A DNA stretch of 25,820 bases, taken from assembly GCA_035265265.1 (NCBI GenBank), contig DATFOT010000023.1:1-25820 (forward strand). The letters are read 5' to 3'. Shown one piece after another: positions 24,626 to 25,820 of this stretch. The stretch comes from Aestuariivirgaceae bacterium (GTDB lineage Bacteria; Pseudomonadota; Alphaproteobacteria; Rhizobiales; Aestuariivirgaceae). How positions within the stretch are numbered: position 1 is the first letter of the stretch; the number at the start of each line of letters is the position of its first letter. Both the position numbers and the translations under genes were made by a program. Below the pieces are notes generated by a model, which had not been told where the DNA came from, did not search any database, and saw only the letters and a program-made list of their open reading frames with translations.

Positions 24626-24640
24626 TTTACCGAGCCTTAA
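24626..24640. promoter_or_regulatory. Near-consensus CtrA box
   Basis: TTTA-ccgagcc-TTAA, a 7/8 match to TTAA-N7-TTAA, in the ctrA/fliJ intergenic region. Confidence 0.55.
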
Positions 24641-24779
24641 GGCAGGTCGTTCACAATCACTCCAAGCCGGTGACTTTTAGACTAGACGATTCGTACTGGA
24701 CTGCAAAGGGGAACTCCGGCGTGCACGTGGGGCGGATTTGCAACAGCCCCTCTGCGCATAGAGGAAAGAGGCCCAAGTT

Positions 24780-25169
24780 ATGCGTTCAAAGGACAATCTG
24801 CTGCGGCTCCATCGCTTCAAGCACGACGATCGGCGCCGGCAGGTCGCCGAAATAGAAGTGATGATTACGGAGTTCCTGAAAAAACAAGACGAGCTCGATG
24901 CGCATATTCGCATGGAAGAAAGCCGAAACGGCGTCACAGATCCTACTCACTTCAACTATTCCACCTCGGCCAAGGCGTCGCGGGCACGGCGGGACAACCT
25001 TCTGAGATCGATCGGCGAGCTAAAGGACCAGCTCGATGCGGCGAAAACTGCACTCGAGGAAGAGGCAGCGGAGTTGCGCAAAATCGAGCTGCTCGCGGAG
25101 AAGGAAGCCGATGCGCGCGTCGAGGCTGCTCCGGCAGCGGGCCAGGCGCAGGTCACCTTTAGCCGTTAA
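24780..25169 (+). CDS. fliJ: FliJ-like coiled-coil protein (rhizobial 'flagellar export protein FliJ')
   Basis: MRSKDNLLRLHRFKHDDRRRQV...DPTHFNYSTSAKASRARRDNL; divergent from ctrA as in other Rhizobiales. SD GAGG. Confidence 0.8.
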   Translation: MRSKDNLLRLHRFKHDDRRRQVAEIEVMITEFLKKQDELDAHIRMEESRNGVTDPTHFNYSTSAKASRARRDNLLRSIGELKDQLDAAKTALEEEAAELRKIELLAEKEADARVEAAPAAGQAQVTFSR

Positions 25170-25820
25170 GGGACGTGGCTGCCAGCCTATGCGCGCGAAG
25201 GCGCTCATAAATCGGCAGAGCCTCATCAGCAATCCTGCCAAGCGCTGCCGGCAAGGCGACCGGAGGCTGCGCTTGGGACGCTGCGAAACCAGTCGAGGCA
25301 TGGACCGCGTTGTACCAATGGCGGCCCCACAGACCATCGAAACGCTTAGGCCCCCGCGGCCAAGACAGCATCGCAGGGCAAAAATCGAGCTCAAGGGCTC
25401 CGCACAGCCTTGTCAGCGTTTCGGCGGGAGCCTCGAGAACGTCCTCCGCATCGACGACCGGCGGCGCGCGGCCGAGCGCCTGGGCGACGAGATCGAACAA
25501 TTGCCATTGCTCGACAATGCCGATGGCACGCAGCGAGACATCTTCCCATTTTCGCGCATAGCTCGAGAGCACCGCGACTGGATCGCGAATGAGGAACGCG
25601 TTGAAGAGCTGCAGCACCCACCGGCGATCGAAGCCTGGAAGCATATGGTGGGTCATGTGCTTCTGGTAGAATATGGGCTTGGCCGAGTTGGGCGATGACG
25701 TGCAAAGGGCAACGACTCGATCATAGTCGGATTCGTAGGCTGCCATGATTTCCTCGCGCAGGGGATGATCGTTGCCGTGATGCTTCAGCGAAAAAGCGTA
25801 GAAGGGCTCGTCCCAAACCT
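25159..25820 (-). CDS. Sulfotransferase-like P-loop protein, 5'-truncated by the window edge
   Basis: The frame stays open from the edge: VWDEPFYAFSLKHHGNDHPLREEI...FYQKHMTHH...FLIRDP...VVDAEDVL...MLSWPRG...DGLWGRHWYNAV..STGF. This matches the sulfotransferase-like family often found beside class IV aminotransferases. Confidence 0.82.
   Translation of the reverse strand, partial: VWDEPFYAFSLKHHGNDHPLREEIMAAYESDYDRVVALCTSSPNSAKPIFYQKHMTHHMLPGFDRRWVLQLFNAFLIRDPVAVLSSYARKWEDVSLRAIGIVEQWQLFDLVAQALGRAPPVVDAEDVLEAPAETLTRLCGALELDFCPAMLSWPRGPKRFDGLWGRHWYNAVHASTGFAASQAQPPVALPAALGRIADEALPIYERLRAHRLAATSLNG

Noticed and set aside
24456-24680. 74-aa ORF between ctrA and fliJ as a possible sciP
   Set aside because: No resemblance to SciP (WVIRRKAEVV motif absent), and it overlaps the regulatory TTAA sites.

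Overview
A chromosomal segment of a GC-rich alphaproteobacterium, Hyphomicrobiales/Rhizobiales-like judging by eipA-cysQ-chpT-ctrA-fliJ and rpoH-rluD. Left to right: a REP-like double hairpin; a sulfate ABC importer operon (sbp-cysT-cysW-cysA, minus strand) with an upstream Rrf2 regulator and a candidate Rrf2 operator in the promoter spacer; purA; a tight minus-strand block (membrane degenerate-GGDEF/EAL protein, secreted helical protein, divergent PLP dehydratase); a CAP protein; rpoH; rluD; a small membrane protein; tRNA-Glu(CTC). An accessory-looking stretch follows the tRNA (membrane class III adenylate cyclase with TPRs and an extra C-terminal domain, secreted YHS-type protein, secreted ankyrin protein, peroxiredoxin, small hypothetical), with a degenerate copy of the tRNA 3' end at 16961-16973. 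Then come three co-oriented envelope-type genes, the eipA-cysQ-chpT-ctrA-fliJ cell-cycle cluster and a 5'-truncated sulfotransferase-like gene. I saw no integrase, transposase, rRNA or CRISPR array. All family calls come from motif recognition by eye, not database searches.
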